A stretch of 45,820 nucleotides of DNA from Candidatus Omnitrophota bacterium (GTDB taxonomy: Bacteria > Omnitrophota > Gorgyraeia > 2-02-FULL-51-18), in NCBI GenBank assembly GCA_016206825.1, contig JACQQY010000019.1, positions 1-45,820 of the forward strand, in the 5' to 3' direction. The position numbers and the translations under genes are program-made. The notes under the pieces are model-generated. The model had not been told where the DNA came from, did not search any database, and was given only the letters and a program-made list of their open reading frames with translations. Positions 38,337-45,820 of this stretch are shown here, piece after piece. Positions within the stretch are counted from its first letter, which is position 1, and each line of letters starts with the position of its first letter.

Positions 38337-39142
38337 GAGAGCTTTCCTTCACCAAAATGGCCGGCGCCGGCAACGATTTTATCCTGCTGGATAACCGGAG
38401 AAACCGCCTGAAAGGTGATTTTTCGGATTTGGCCAGGCGGCTCTGCCGCCGCAAAGAGTCCGTCGGCGCCGACGGCCTTTTGCTCCTTGAAAAATCGAAG
38501 GAGGCGGACGTCCGGATGCGGATATGGAATCCTGACGGAAGCGAAGCCGACATGTGCGGAAACGGCGTGCGCTGCCTCGCGAAATTTGCCGTAGAAAACC
38601 GGCTTGCCGGGCCCAGGCTTTCGATCGAAACGCCCGCTGGAATCATCAGGGCCCGTGTTTTAGATTCCCGCGTCAAAGTAAAGATGCTGAATCCGAAAGA
38701 CTTAAGGCTGAACATCGACCTTCCGGCAGGCCGGAAGAAGGTGCGTCTTCACTTTATCCATACGGGCGTTCCTCACGCCGTTTTGTTTTATCCGTCGCTC
38801 CATGATTGCGACGTGGCGGGATTGGGAAGGGCCATCCGCCGTCATCCTTATTTCGGTCCCAGGGGGACGAACGTGAATTTTGTGTCTCTTCGCGTGGGAA
38901 ACGGCATCGACATTCGCACGTACGAGAGGGGGGTGGAGGGAGAAACGCTCTCCTGCGGCACGGGCTCCACGGCGGGGGCTCTCATTTTGGCCGCTTTGAA
39001 GGGGTTCCGGCCGCCCGTGAGCGTTCATACGAGAAGCGGAGAGATTTTGAAAATTTATTTCAAGAGAAAAGGCCTCGCCTTTCGTGAAGTTTATCTCGAA
39101 GGGCCGGTTCAAAAAACGTTCGAAGGGAGAGTGGGCTTATGA
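38333..39142 (+). CDS. dapF: Diaminopimelate epimerase
   Basis: GAGNDF start and the two catalytic-Cys blocks MCGNG and SCGTGS. Confidence 0.9.
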   Translation: MRELSFTKMAGAGNDFILLDNRRNRLKGDFSDLARRLCRRKESVGADGLLLLEKSKEADVRMRIWNPDGSEADMCGNGVRCLAKFAVENRLAGPRLSIETPAGIIRARVLDSRVKVKMLNPKDLRLNIDLPAGRKKVRLHFIHTGVPHAVLFYPSLHDCDVAGLGRAIRRHPYFGPRGTNVNFVSLRVGNGIDIRTYERGVEGETLSCGTGSTAGALILAALKGFRPPVSVHTRSGEILKIYFKRKGLAFREVYLEGPVQKTFEGRVGL

Positions 39143-40014
39143 AATTTCATGGATCGATCGTGGCGCTCGTGACTCCTTTTAAAAATGGAAAAGTCGACGA
39201 GAAAGCGCTTCGGCGTCTTGTCCGTTATCACGTGGATTCGGGAACCGACGGGATCGTGCCCGTGGGAACGACGGGCGAAGCTCCGACTCTCTCTTATGAA
39301 GAGCATGAGCGGGTGATTCAAATCGTGGTGGAGACGGCCGAAGGCAGGATACCGGTCATCGCCGGAACGGGTTCCAACAGCACGGAAGAGGCGCTCTTTT
39401 TGACCCGGTTTGCCAAGAAGGTGAAGGCGGACGGCGCGCTCCTCGTGACCCCTTATTATAACCGCCCCACCCAAGAGGGTCTCTACCGCCACTATGAAAC
39501 CATCGCCAGAAAGGCGGAATTTCCCCTTGTTCTTTACAACGTGCCGTCGCGGACGGGGGTGGCCTTAAGTCCCGAGACCGTGGCTCGCTTGGCCAAGATT
39601 CCCCATATCGTGGCCATTAAGGAAGCGACGGGGAGCATGGATCAGACTTCGCAGATCCTTTCCTTGTGCGGCATCACGGTCTTAAGCGGCGACGACTCTC
39701 TGACGCTCCCCCTTTTGGCATTAGGGGCCAAAGGGGTCATTTCGGTCATTGCGAACATTCTGCCGGCTGATCTCTCGCGAATGATCGAGTATTTTTTCGA
39801 GGGAGATTTGGAAAAGGCGAAGGAGATTCATTACAAGATGTTTCCGCTCTGCCGGGCCCTTTTCATCGAGACAAACCCCATTCCGGTGAAGCGCGCGATG
39901 AAGCTTTTGGGGCTTTGCGGGGATGAGCTTCGCCTGCCCCTTTGCCCGATGGAGCCGAACAACGAAAAGCGGCTTGCGGAGGCGATGAGACGGTACGGCC
40001 TTAAAGTGAGGTGA
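39139..40014 (+). CDS. dapA: 4-hydroxy-tetrahydrodipicolinate synthase
   Basis: GTTGE motif, Schiff-base lysine block AIKEATGS and YNVPSRTG. Confidence 0.9.
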   Translation: MKFHGSIVALVTPFKNGKVDEKALRRLVRYHVDSGTDGIVPVGTTGEAPTLSYEEHERVIQIVVETAEGRIPVIAGTGSNSTEEALFLTRFAKKVKADGALLVTPYYNRPTQEGLYRHYETIARKAEFPLVLYNVPSRTGVALSPETVARLAKIPHIVAIKEATGSMDQTSQILSLCGITVLSGDDSLTLPLLALGAKGVISVIANILPADLSRMIEYFFEGDLEKAKEIHYKMFPLCRALFIETNPIPVKRAMKLLGLCGDELRLPLCPMEPNNEKRLAEAMRRYGLKVR

Positions 40015-40017
40015 GCG

Positions 40018-40818
40018 ATGGTCAAGATTGCGGTCAATGGCGCCTTGGGACGGATGGGAAGCCGGATTTTAAACCTGGCTTACCAGTCCAGAGATTTTCA
40101 AATCGTCGGCGTTTTTGAACATGCCGAGAACGAGCATTTGGGGAAGAGCATGGCTCTTCTTCTTGGTTTGACGGAGCTTTCGAAGCTGAAGCTCTCCGCG
40201 GTGTCTTCCAAAGCTCTTAAAGGTTGTCAGGTTCTCATCGATTTTTCAAGCCCTCCGGGAACCCGCAAGTGTCTGGAGGCCGCTTTGAGAAGCAAGACGG
40301 CGATGGTCATCGGAACGACTGGGCTGGGTCCGGACGGTGAGGAAGCGATCCGCCGGGCGTCGAAGCGCTTGCCCCTCCTTTTTTCTCCCAACATGAGCAT
40401 CGGGGCGAATTTTCTCTTTGAGTTGGCGCGGACCGCCGCCGCGAGGCTGAAGGCCGGCTACGACATCGAGATCATCGAGGCGCATCACCGGTTGAAGAAA
40501 GACGCGCCGAGCGGCACCGCCAAAAAAATTGCCGAGGTGATCGCCAAAGAAAAAGGCTGGGACCTTGATAAAGTCGCCCGATTTGGGCGTCAGGGGGTGA
40601 CGGGGGAGCGCGCGAACGAAGAAATAGGGATTCACGCCGTGCGTGCCGGAGACATCGTGGGCGATCACACCGTTCTTTTGAGCGGCGCCGGCGAATCCAT
40701 TGAAATCACCCACCGCGCCCACTCCCGCGACGCCTTCGCCCGCGGCGCCCTCGCCGCCGCCGCCTTCCTTGCCGGAAGGCCTAAAGGTTTGTACGACATG
40801 CAGGATGTTTTAAAATGA
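40018..40818 (+). CDS. dapB: 4-hydroxy-tetrahydrodipicolinate reductase
   Basis: EAHHRLKKDAPSGTA signature. Confidence 0.9.
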   Translation: MVKIAVNGALGRMGSRILNLAYQSRDFQIVGVFEHAENEHLGKSMALLLGLTELSKLKLSAVSSKALKGCQVLIDFSSPPGTRKCLEAALRSKTAMVIGTTGLGPDGEEAIRRASKRLPLLFSPNMSIGANFLFELARTAAARLKAGYDIEIIEAHHRLKKDAPSGTAKKIAEVIAKEKGWDLDKVARFGRQGVTGERANEEIGIHAVRAGDIVGDHTVLLSGAGESIEITHRAHSRDAFARGALAAAAFLAGRPKGLYDMQDVLK

Positions 40819-41987
40819 GCTTTTTTCTCGAAGAATCTGCGAGGCTCAAAAGTCTTCCGCCTTATCTTTTTTTGGAAATAGACAGGGCAAAGCGCCGGGC
40901 AGTCGATAAGGGAGTAAAGGTCATTGATTTTGGCGTGGGGGATCCCGATGGGCCTACGCCGGATTTTGTTCTTCGGGCGATGTCCCGGTTTATGAAAGAG
41001 GGGAAGAATCACCATTATCCGCTTGACCGTGGAAACGCCCCGTTCCGTGAGACTATCGCCCATTGGTTTAGCCGGCGCTTTGGCGCGGCGGTGGATCCCG
41101 ATCAAGAGGTTCTTCCCCTTATCGGATCCAAAGAAGGGATCGCCCACCTGCCCCTTGCCTTCATCAATCCCGGCGACACGGCGCTTGTGCCGGATCCCTG
41201 CTATCCGCCTTACAAGAGCGGGACCCTCTTTGCCGGGGGCAAACCCTATCTTTTGCCGCTTCGGGAATCCCACGGTTTCCTGCCGGACCTGGAAGGGATT
41301 CCAAGAGAAGCGGCCCGGAAGGCAAAAATGATCTTCGTCAATTATCCGAATAATCCCACGGGAGCCGTCGCTTCCAGATCCTTTTATGGGAAGCTCGTTT
41401 CGTGGGCGCGCCGTCACCGGATTTTGATCGCGGCGGATCTGGCCTATTCGGAGGTTTATTTTGGAAAGGAAAAGCCGCTCAGCGTCCTGCAAATTCCGGG
41501 CGCGAAGGAAATCACGATAGAATTTCATTCGCTGTCCAAGACGTGCAGCATGACCGGCTGGAGGGTGGGATTCGCGGTAGGCTGTAAGGAAGCCATCAAC
41601 GCCCTCTTACGGGTGAAATCTAACATGGATTCGGGGGTTTTTACGGCGATTCAACTGACCGCCGCCGAAGCCTTGAAAAACAGCTTCCGTTTCTCCGAAA
41701 AGACAAACCGGGTGTACCGGAAAAGACGCGATCTGCTGGCGGCGGGATTGAAAGAGCTGGGTTTTCCGGCGAAACCCAACCCGGCGACTTTTTATCTTTT
41801 TACGAGGCTTCCCCACGGGCAGGAGGACTCGGCGCTTTTTTGCAAGGATCTGCTTGAAAAGGCGGGTGTCGTTGCGACGCCCGGGGTGGGGTTTGGAGCT
41901 TCGGGGGAAGGGTACGTGCGTTTTGCGCTCACGGTGCCGGAGCCCGGCATCCGCGAGGCTCTCTCCCGGATGAGGAAAATACGGTAA
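40815..41987 (+). CDS. dapL: LL-diaminopimelate aminotransferase (class I aminotransferase, DapL-type)
   Basis: LPPYLFLEIDRAK...VIDFGVGDPDGPTP N-terminus and the SLSKT PLP-lysine block. Sits with dapF/dapA/dapB/lysA, with no dapD/dapE in the cluster. The substrate assignment is an inference. Confidence 0.6.
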   Translation: MSFFLEESARLKSLPPYLFLEIDRAKRRAVDKGVKVIDFGVGDPDGPTPDFVLRAMSRFMKEGKNHHYPLDRGNAPFRETIAHWFSRRFGAAVDPDQEVLPLIGSKEGIAHLPLAFINPGDTALVPDPCYPPYKSGTLFAGGKPYLLPLRESHGFLPDLEGIPREAARKAKMIFVNYPNNPTGAVASRSFYGKLVSWARRHRILIAADLAYSEVYFGKEKPLSVLQIPGAKEITIEFHSLSKTCSMTGWRVGFAVGCKEAINALLRVKSNMDSGVFTAIQLTAAEALKNSFRFSEKTNRVYRKRRDLLAAGLKELGFPAKPNPATFYLFTRLPHGQEDSALFCKDLLEKAGVVATPGVGFGASGEGYVRFALTVPEPGIREALSRMRKIR

Positions 41988-41988
41988 A

Positions 41989-42474
41989 ATGGCCGTCGTC
42001 TTTCTTGGGATAGGATCGAATCTGGGAGATCGGGAGGCGAACGTCCGGCGGGCCGTCGACCTTCTTAAGGAAAACGAGGCCATTCGCGTTTTGTCGGTTT
42101 CGGGCTTGGTCGAGACGGAACCGGAAGGAGGTCCCCCTCAAGGGAAATACCTGAACGCCGCCGCCAAGATCGAAACCGACCTTCTGCCGCTTGAGCTTTT
42201 GTCCCAGCTTAAGATGATCGAAAGACGCCTTGGCCGGGTCAAAGGGGAGCCCAATGCCCCGCGACCGATGGATCTTGATATTTTGTTTTATGACGACGTG
42301 GTTATCTTCGAAGGAAGAAACCTTTGCTTGCCCCATCCGCGATTGGAAAAGCGGTTTTTTGTCTTGAAGCCCCTTCTTGAAATAGCCCCCGATTGGATTC
42401 ACCCGAGGCTTCGCAAATCGGTGAAGGTTCTCCACGATGAGTTGACCCATGAGAGTTGTCCAGAATCCCGCTAA
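41989..42474 (+). CDS. folK: 2-amino-4-hydroxy-6-hydroxymethyldihydropteridine pyrophosphokinase
   Basis: LGIGSNLGDR and PRPMDLDIL motifs. Confidence 0.85.
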   Translation: MAVVFLGIGSNLGDREANVRRAVDLLKENEAIRVLSVSGLVETEPEGGPPQGKYLNAAAKIETDLLPLELLSQLKMIERRLGRVKGEPNAPRPMDLDILFYDDVVIFEGRNLCLPHPRLEKRFFVLKPLLEIAPDWIHPRLRKSVKVLHDELTHESCPESR

Positions 42475-43300
42475 GCTTCAGACGGCGCTTGCCCGTTTGA
42501 AAAGGCAAGACAAGAAAATCGGCTTTGTGCCGACGATGGGGTATTTGCACGAGGGGCACCTGTCACTCGTTCGGCTTGCCCGGAAGGAAAACGACGTCGT
42601 CGTCGCGAGTATTTTCGTGAATCCTTTGCAATTCGGCCCGAGGGAGGATTTTAAAAGGTATCCGAGAGATTTTCCAAGAGACGCCCGGCTTTTGAAAAAA
42701 GAAAAGGCCGATTTTCTTCTTGCGCCGGCGGCTGAAGAGTTTTATCCAAAGGATTTCCAAACGGAAGTGAAGGTGACGCGCCTAAGCGGCCGGCTTTGCG
42801 GCGCTTCAAGACCCGCTCATTTTGCCGGGGTATGTACGGTGGTTCTGAAGCTTTTGAATATCGTGAAGCCCGATCGACTGTATCTCGGACAAAAAGATTA
42901 CCAGCAGGTCCAAGTGATTGGGCAAATGATCAAAGACTTAGGTTTCTCTGTCATGATCCGCATGGCGCCCATTGTGCGTGAGCCGGACGGTCTTGCGATG
43001 AGCTCTCGAAACGTTTTGTTGTCAAAAAAAGAGCGGGAAGAAGCGCCTTGCCTTCACCGCGCCCTTTGCGAAGGGGCGCGTCTTGTGAAAAGAGGCGTAC
43101 GCGATGCCGGGGGGCTTCAGAAACCCATGCGGGAGATCCTGAAAAGGGCGGCATCCGCCCGGGTGGACTACCTCGAAATAGTCGATGTCCGAACCCTCCG
43201 GCCTGTGGTAAAATTGAAAAAAGGTCAAAAAGCGCTTTTGACGGGGGCGGTCTTTTTTAAAAAGACGCGCCTCATCGATAATGAGCTTGTGAGGGTGTGA
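42449..43300 (+). CDS. panC: Pantoate--beta-alanine ligase
   Basis: VPTMGYLHEGH motif. Overlaps folK by 26 nt. Confidence 0.9.
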   Translation: MRVVQNPAKLQTALARLKRQDKKIGFVPTMGYLHEGHLSLVRLARKENDVVVASIFVNPLQFGPREDFKRYPRDFPRDARLLKKEKADFLLAPAAEEFYPKDFQTEVKVTRLSGRLCGASRPAHFAGVCTVVLKLLNIVKPDRLYLGQKDYQQVQVIGQMIKDLGFSVMIRMAPIVREPDGLAMSSRNVLLSKKEREEAPCLHRALCEGARLVKRGVRDAGGLQKPMREILKRAASARVDYLEIVDVRTLRPVVKLKKGQKALLTGAVFFKKTRLIDNELVRV

Positions 43301-43301
43301 C

Positions 43302-43655
43302 ATGCTGAGAGTGCTCATGAAATCCAAAATCCACGGAGCGACGGTGACGGAAGCGAATTTGAAGTACACCGGCTCCATCACCATCGACAAGAATCTTTTG
43401 CGGTGCTCCAACATCTGCCCTTTTGAGCGCGTGCAGATCGTGAACCTTCATAACGGCACTCGCGTGGAGACCTACGTGATGGAAGGAAAGGCGGGGTCCG
43501 GAACGATCTGCATGAACGGCGCCGCCGCCCGCTGGGCGCAGGCGGGGGATAAGGTCATCATCATTTCTTACGGGCTCTTTGGCGAAAGCGAGACAAAGGC
43601 GCACAAACCCAAGATCGTCTTTGTTGATCCTCAAAACCGCCCGAAAAAGACTTAA
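43302..43655 (+). CDS. panD: Aspartate 1-decarboxylase
   Basis: MKSKIHGATVTEANLKYTGSITID, with the Gly-Ser self-processing site. Confidence 0.9.
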   Translation: MLRVLMKSKIHGATVTEANLKYTGSITIDKNLLRCSNICPFERVQIVNLHNGTRVETYVMEGKAGSGTICMNGAAARWAQAGDKVIIISYGLFGESETKAHKPKIVFVDPQNRPKKT

Positions 43656-43661
43656 CCCTTT

Positions 43662-44471
43662 ATGATTAAAGTCGGCATCATCGGCTGTGGGACGATCGGA
43701 AGCGCCCTTTCTCTGGCGTGCCGGACCCGGTTTCGTGAGGAGGTGACGCTGGAGGCCGTTTCGGATATCGATCTTTCCCGCGCCCAGCGCCTGCAAAGGA
43801 AACTGCATCCCAGGCCGAAAATCCTAACCACCGACGAGATCATTCGCCACTGCGACTTGATTATCGAGGCGGCTTCGACCACGCTTGTTTATGAAGTGGT
43901 GAAGAAGGCCCTCTCTCTGGGGAAAGAGGTCATGGCGATGAGCACGGGAGGGCTTTTGGGAAAGGAGAAGGAGCTCTTTGAGCTGGCCAAGACGCATCGT
44001 TCCTGTCTTTATTTGCCGAGCGGAGGCGTGGTGGGCGTCGACGGCTTGAAGGCGGCTAAAATGGGAAAAATCCATTCCGTTTCTTTGACCACGCGCAAAC
44101 CCCCGCAAGGGTTCCTGGACGCCCCTTATGTTTTGAAACACCGGATTCGCTTGAACGATCTGAAAGACGAGAAAGTTCTTTTTGAAGGAGACGCGGCGGA
44201 GGCCGTTCAGTGGTTTCCCAAAAACATCAACGTCTCGGCGACCTTAAGCCTTGCCGGCTTGGGGGCCCGCAAGACGCGCGTGAAGATCATCGCCTGTCCT
44301 CATATGAAAGTGAACGTGCATGAGCTGTATGTTCAAGGCGACTTTGGTTCTTTCTATACGCGCACGGAGAATTTTCCGTGCAAAGAAAATCCTAAAACGA
44401 GCCGCATTGCCGTGCTTTCGGCCGTCGCGACGCTTGAGCGGATTTTGAAGAACGTTAAAATGGGCACTTAG
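43662..44471 (+). CDS. nadX: L-aspartate dehydrogenase-like protein
   Basis: N-terminal GIIGCGTIG Rossmann motif. LPSGGVVGVDGLKAA, TTRKPP, FPKNINVSATLSLAG and ENPKTS blocks are typical of the aspartate dehydrogenase family. Confidence 0.6.
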   Translation: MIKVGIIGCGTIGSALSLACRTRFREEVTLEAVSDIDLSRAQRLQRKLHPRPKILTTDEIIRHCDLIIEAASTTLVYEVVKKALSLGKEVMAMSTGGLLGKEKELFELAKTHRSCLYLPSGGVVGVDGLKAAKMGKIHSVSLTTRKPPQGFLDAPYVLKHRIRLNDLKDEKVLFEGDAAEAVQWFPKNINVSATLSLAGLGARKTRVKIIACPHMKVNVHELYVQGDFGSFYTRTENFPCKENPKTSRIAVLSAVATLERILKNVKMGT

Positions 44472-44477
44472 TTTGTC

Positions 44478-45101
44478 ATGTTCAAGCGGACTTTGAGCGA
44501 CGGGGAGCTTGTGGCCGGGTGCATCCGGGGCGAGAAGGCGTCTTGGGATTTGTTCGTCGAGCGGTTTTCGAAGCTGGTTTACTGGAGCATCCAGCGGACG
44601 CTTGCAGGCGGCTCATGGAAAAAGCGAACGGAAGTGATCGACGAGATTTTCCAAGAGTTTTTCAAAAAGCTCCTTGAAAAAGAGACGCTTAGGAAAGTGC
44701 GTCAGGCGGATAATGTCGGAAGCTTTTTGGTCGTAATGGCTTGCCGGAATACCCTGGATATGCTCAAGTCTTTGTCCCGCCGTGAAAAGCGCATGACCAC
44801 TTTGCCGTCCGGCGCCGAAGAGGAAGAGGTTCTGCCCGAGCCGCTCTATGCCGTGGCGGGCCGCGATCCGACGAATCCGGCGGAAGAGGCTGTCTTGCGT
44901 GAAACCGGAACCTTGATGGAGGAAGTCCTTTCTCAGCTCTCCACGAAGGAGCGCGCCTGTCTTGAGCTCCATTATCTCGATGGAAGGACCCACGAAGAGG
45001 CAGGTCTCATCCTCGGGCTTCCGCATGACACGGTTTCGACGATTATTCGGAGAACGCGTGAAAAATTAAAGAAGAAGTGCCTGGAGAAGGGCCTCGATTA
45101 A
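44478..45101 (+). CDS. ECF-type RNA polymerase sigma factor
   Basis: A region-2-like segment, plus region 4: LSTKERACLELHYLDGRTHEEAGLILGLPHDTVSTIIRRTREKLKK. Confidence 0.8.
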   Translation: MFKRTLSDGELVAGCIRGEKASWDLFVERFSKLVYWSIQRTLAGGSWKKRTEVIDEIFQEFFKKLLEKETLRKVRQADNVGSFLVVMACRNTLDMLKSLSRREKRMTTLPSGAEEEEVLPEPLYAVAGRDPTNPAEEAVLRETGTLMEEVLSQLSTKERACLELHYLDGRTHEEAGLILGLPHDTVSTIIRRTREKLKKKCLEKGLD

Positions 45102-45157
45102 AAATTTTTTGAACGAAAAACGAGCCTTGCGTCGTCTAATAAAGTAGGGGGGCTCAA

Positions 45158-45742
45158 ATGGATAAAGTCGATCTGTCTATTAGAAACCATCTTGCGAAGC
45201 TCCGGCCTTTGCCGAAGCGTGAGGGTCTTGCCGCCGGTTATCCCGCGGATGAGGACTTCTATCGATTCATCACCGGCCGCATGGAAGGGGTGGAGCTTGA
45301 GCGGATGGTGGAGCATCTTCGAACCCACAGGGAAGATCAAGAGCTCGTGTTAAATATCCGTGAGCTTCTTGAGAAAGACTTGCCCCAAGGGACGGAAGCG
45401 CCTCGAGAGGCCGTTCAAAAAGCGAAGGCGCTTTTTCCGGAAGGCCAAAGGTTGGGCTGTCCTCATTGCGGAAAGGCTATCACCCCCTTTAAGAAACCTT
45501 TGTCTCGGCAGAGAGGGTTCAATGTCCTGTGGCTGGGATTGGGGATCGTTTCCTTTACTTTGTCTTTCGTTTTTCCGCGGTATTTTCTGCAATTTCTTGT
45601 TTTGACCTGTCTTTTTGGGGTGAAATGGATTGTCGACCAGAGAGTGACGAAGACCCAAATCATGGTTTACAAAGCGTTACAAGAGACGCAAGAGACTGAA
45701 GGGACAGCGTCACGGGTGTCAAACCGTATTTCCGGGATGTAG
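45158..45742 (+). CDS. Putative membrane-bound anti-sigma factor
   Basis: Lies immediately downstream of the ECF sigma gene. Soluble N-terminal helical domain, CPHCG motif and C-terminal hydrophobic helices (FNVLWLGLGIVSFTLSFVF, FLVLTCLFGV). No recognisable family motif. Confidence 0.35.
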   Translation: MDKVDLSIRNHLAKLRPLPKREGLAAGYPADEDFYRFITGRMEGVELERMVEHLRTHREDQELVLNIRELLEKDLPQGTEAPREAVQKAKALFPEGQRLGCPHCGKAITPFKKPLSRQRGFNVLWLGLGIVSFTLSFVFPRYFLQFLVLTCLFGVKWIVDQRVTKTQIMVYKALQETQETEGTASRVSNRISGM

Positions 45743-45806
45743 CGCAGTTTGGCTAGCGCGCCTGGTTCGGGACCAGGAGGCCGTGGGTTCGAATCCCACC
45801 ATCCCG
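45732..45806 (+). tRNA. tRNA-Pro (anticodon CGG)
   Basis: Hand-folded cloverleaf. Acceptor stem CGGGATG/CATCCCG, D stem GCGC/GCGC, anticodon stem CCTGG/CCAGG with loop TTCGGGA (CGG at 45767-45769), T arm GTGGG-TTCGAAT-CCCAC, discriminator A. CCA is not encoded. Confidence 0.9.
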
Positions 45807-45820
45807 ATAGTATTTTGAGA

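Noticed and set aside
339-41528. Many long minus-strand ORFs in the track, for example 339-986, 1317-2135, 3024-3953, 4062-4919, 5205-6125, 6891-7652, 10605-11462, 15243-16388, 31232-32056, 31807-32952, 33168-33887, 35760-36440, 36437-37063 and 40665-41528.
   Set aside because: Each lies antisense to a plus-strand gene with clear family motifs. Their translations are Arg/Pro/Gly/Leu-rich and low-complexity with no recognisable motifs, as expected for shadow ORFs in GC-rich coding DNA.
43662-44471. A GAR tripeptide in the NadX-like protein (LAGLGARKT) and in IF-2 (GARP, GARV) as further copies of the junction motif.
   Set aside because: The following residues do not fit G-A-R-[LM]-[AG]. Within this window the full pentapeptide is confined to the giant ORF.
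1-45820. Prophage, IS element, integron or genomic-island hallmarks (integrase, transposase, att repeats), and rRNA genes or CRISPR arrays.
   Set aside because: No ORF shows DDE or tyrosine/serine recombinase motifs, there are no rRNA-like stretches, and there is no repeat-spacer array. The only mobile-looking DNA is the set of small non-autonomous palindromic repeats.

Overview
This 45.8-kb bacterial chromosomal segment is moderately GC-rich, and I cannot assign a taxon from the sequence alone. Every supportable gene lies on the plus strand, and many neighbours share overlapping stop/start codons.

Gene order:
- proS, then a terminator, then rimP-nusA-infB, trpS and scpA-scpB
- an aromatic amino-acid cluster, pheA-hisC-aroF-tyrA
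- cmk-plsC-rpsA-tyrS
- one uninterrupted 10,470-nt ORF of 3,489 aa
- a 595-nt repeat-rich gap containing three tiny ORFs
- rplM-rpsI, argCJBDFGH and lysA-dapF-dapA-dapB-dapL
- folK, panC-panD, a nadX-like gene, an ECF sigma/anti-sigma pair and tRNA-Pro(CGG)

The standout is the giant ORF, which sits inside this core-gene block.
- It is visibly more AT-rich than its flanks.
- It starts with a signal-peptide-like segment.
- It strings together unrelated modules: a ChaN/TraB-like domain, 93-nt HEAT-like tandem repeats, a caspase-fold (clan CD)-like His/Cys dyad, a sigma-region-4-like HTH, a GxSxG alpha/beta hydrolase, an NDK-like domain and a UDP-sugar-pyrophosphorylase-like domain.
- The pentapeptide G-A-R-[L/M]-[A/G] occurs seven times, at module boundaries. 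That pattern fits a self-processing polyprotein or multi-effector, which is a hypothesis only.
- Two copies of a palindromic MITE-like element are inserted in-frame in this gene. Further copies, and three other families of small palindromic repeats, occupy intergenic gaps.

I saw no rRNA, CRISPR array, transposase or integrase. All domain calls rest on motif recognition by eye and need HMM or structure searches.
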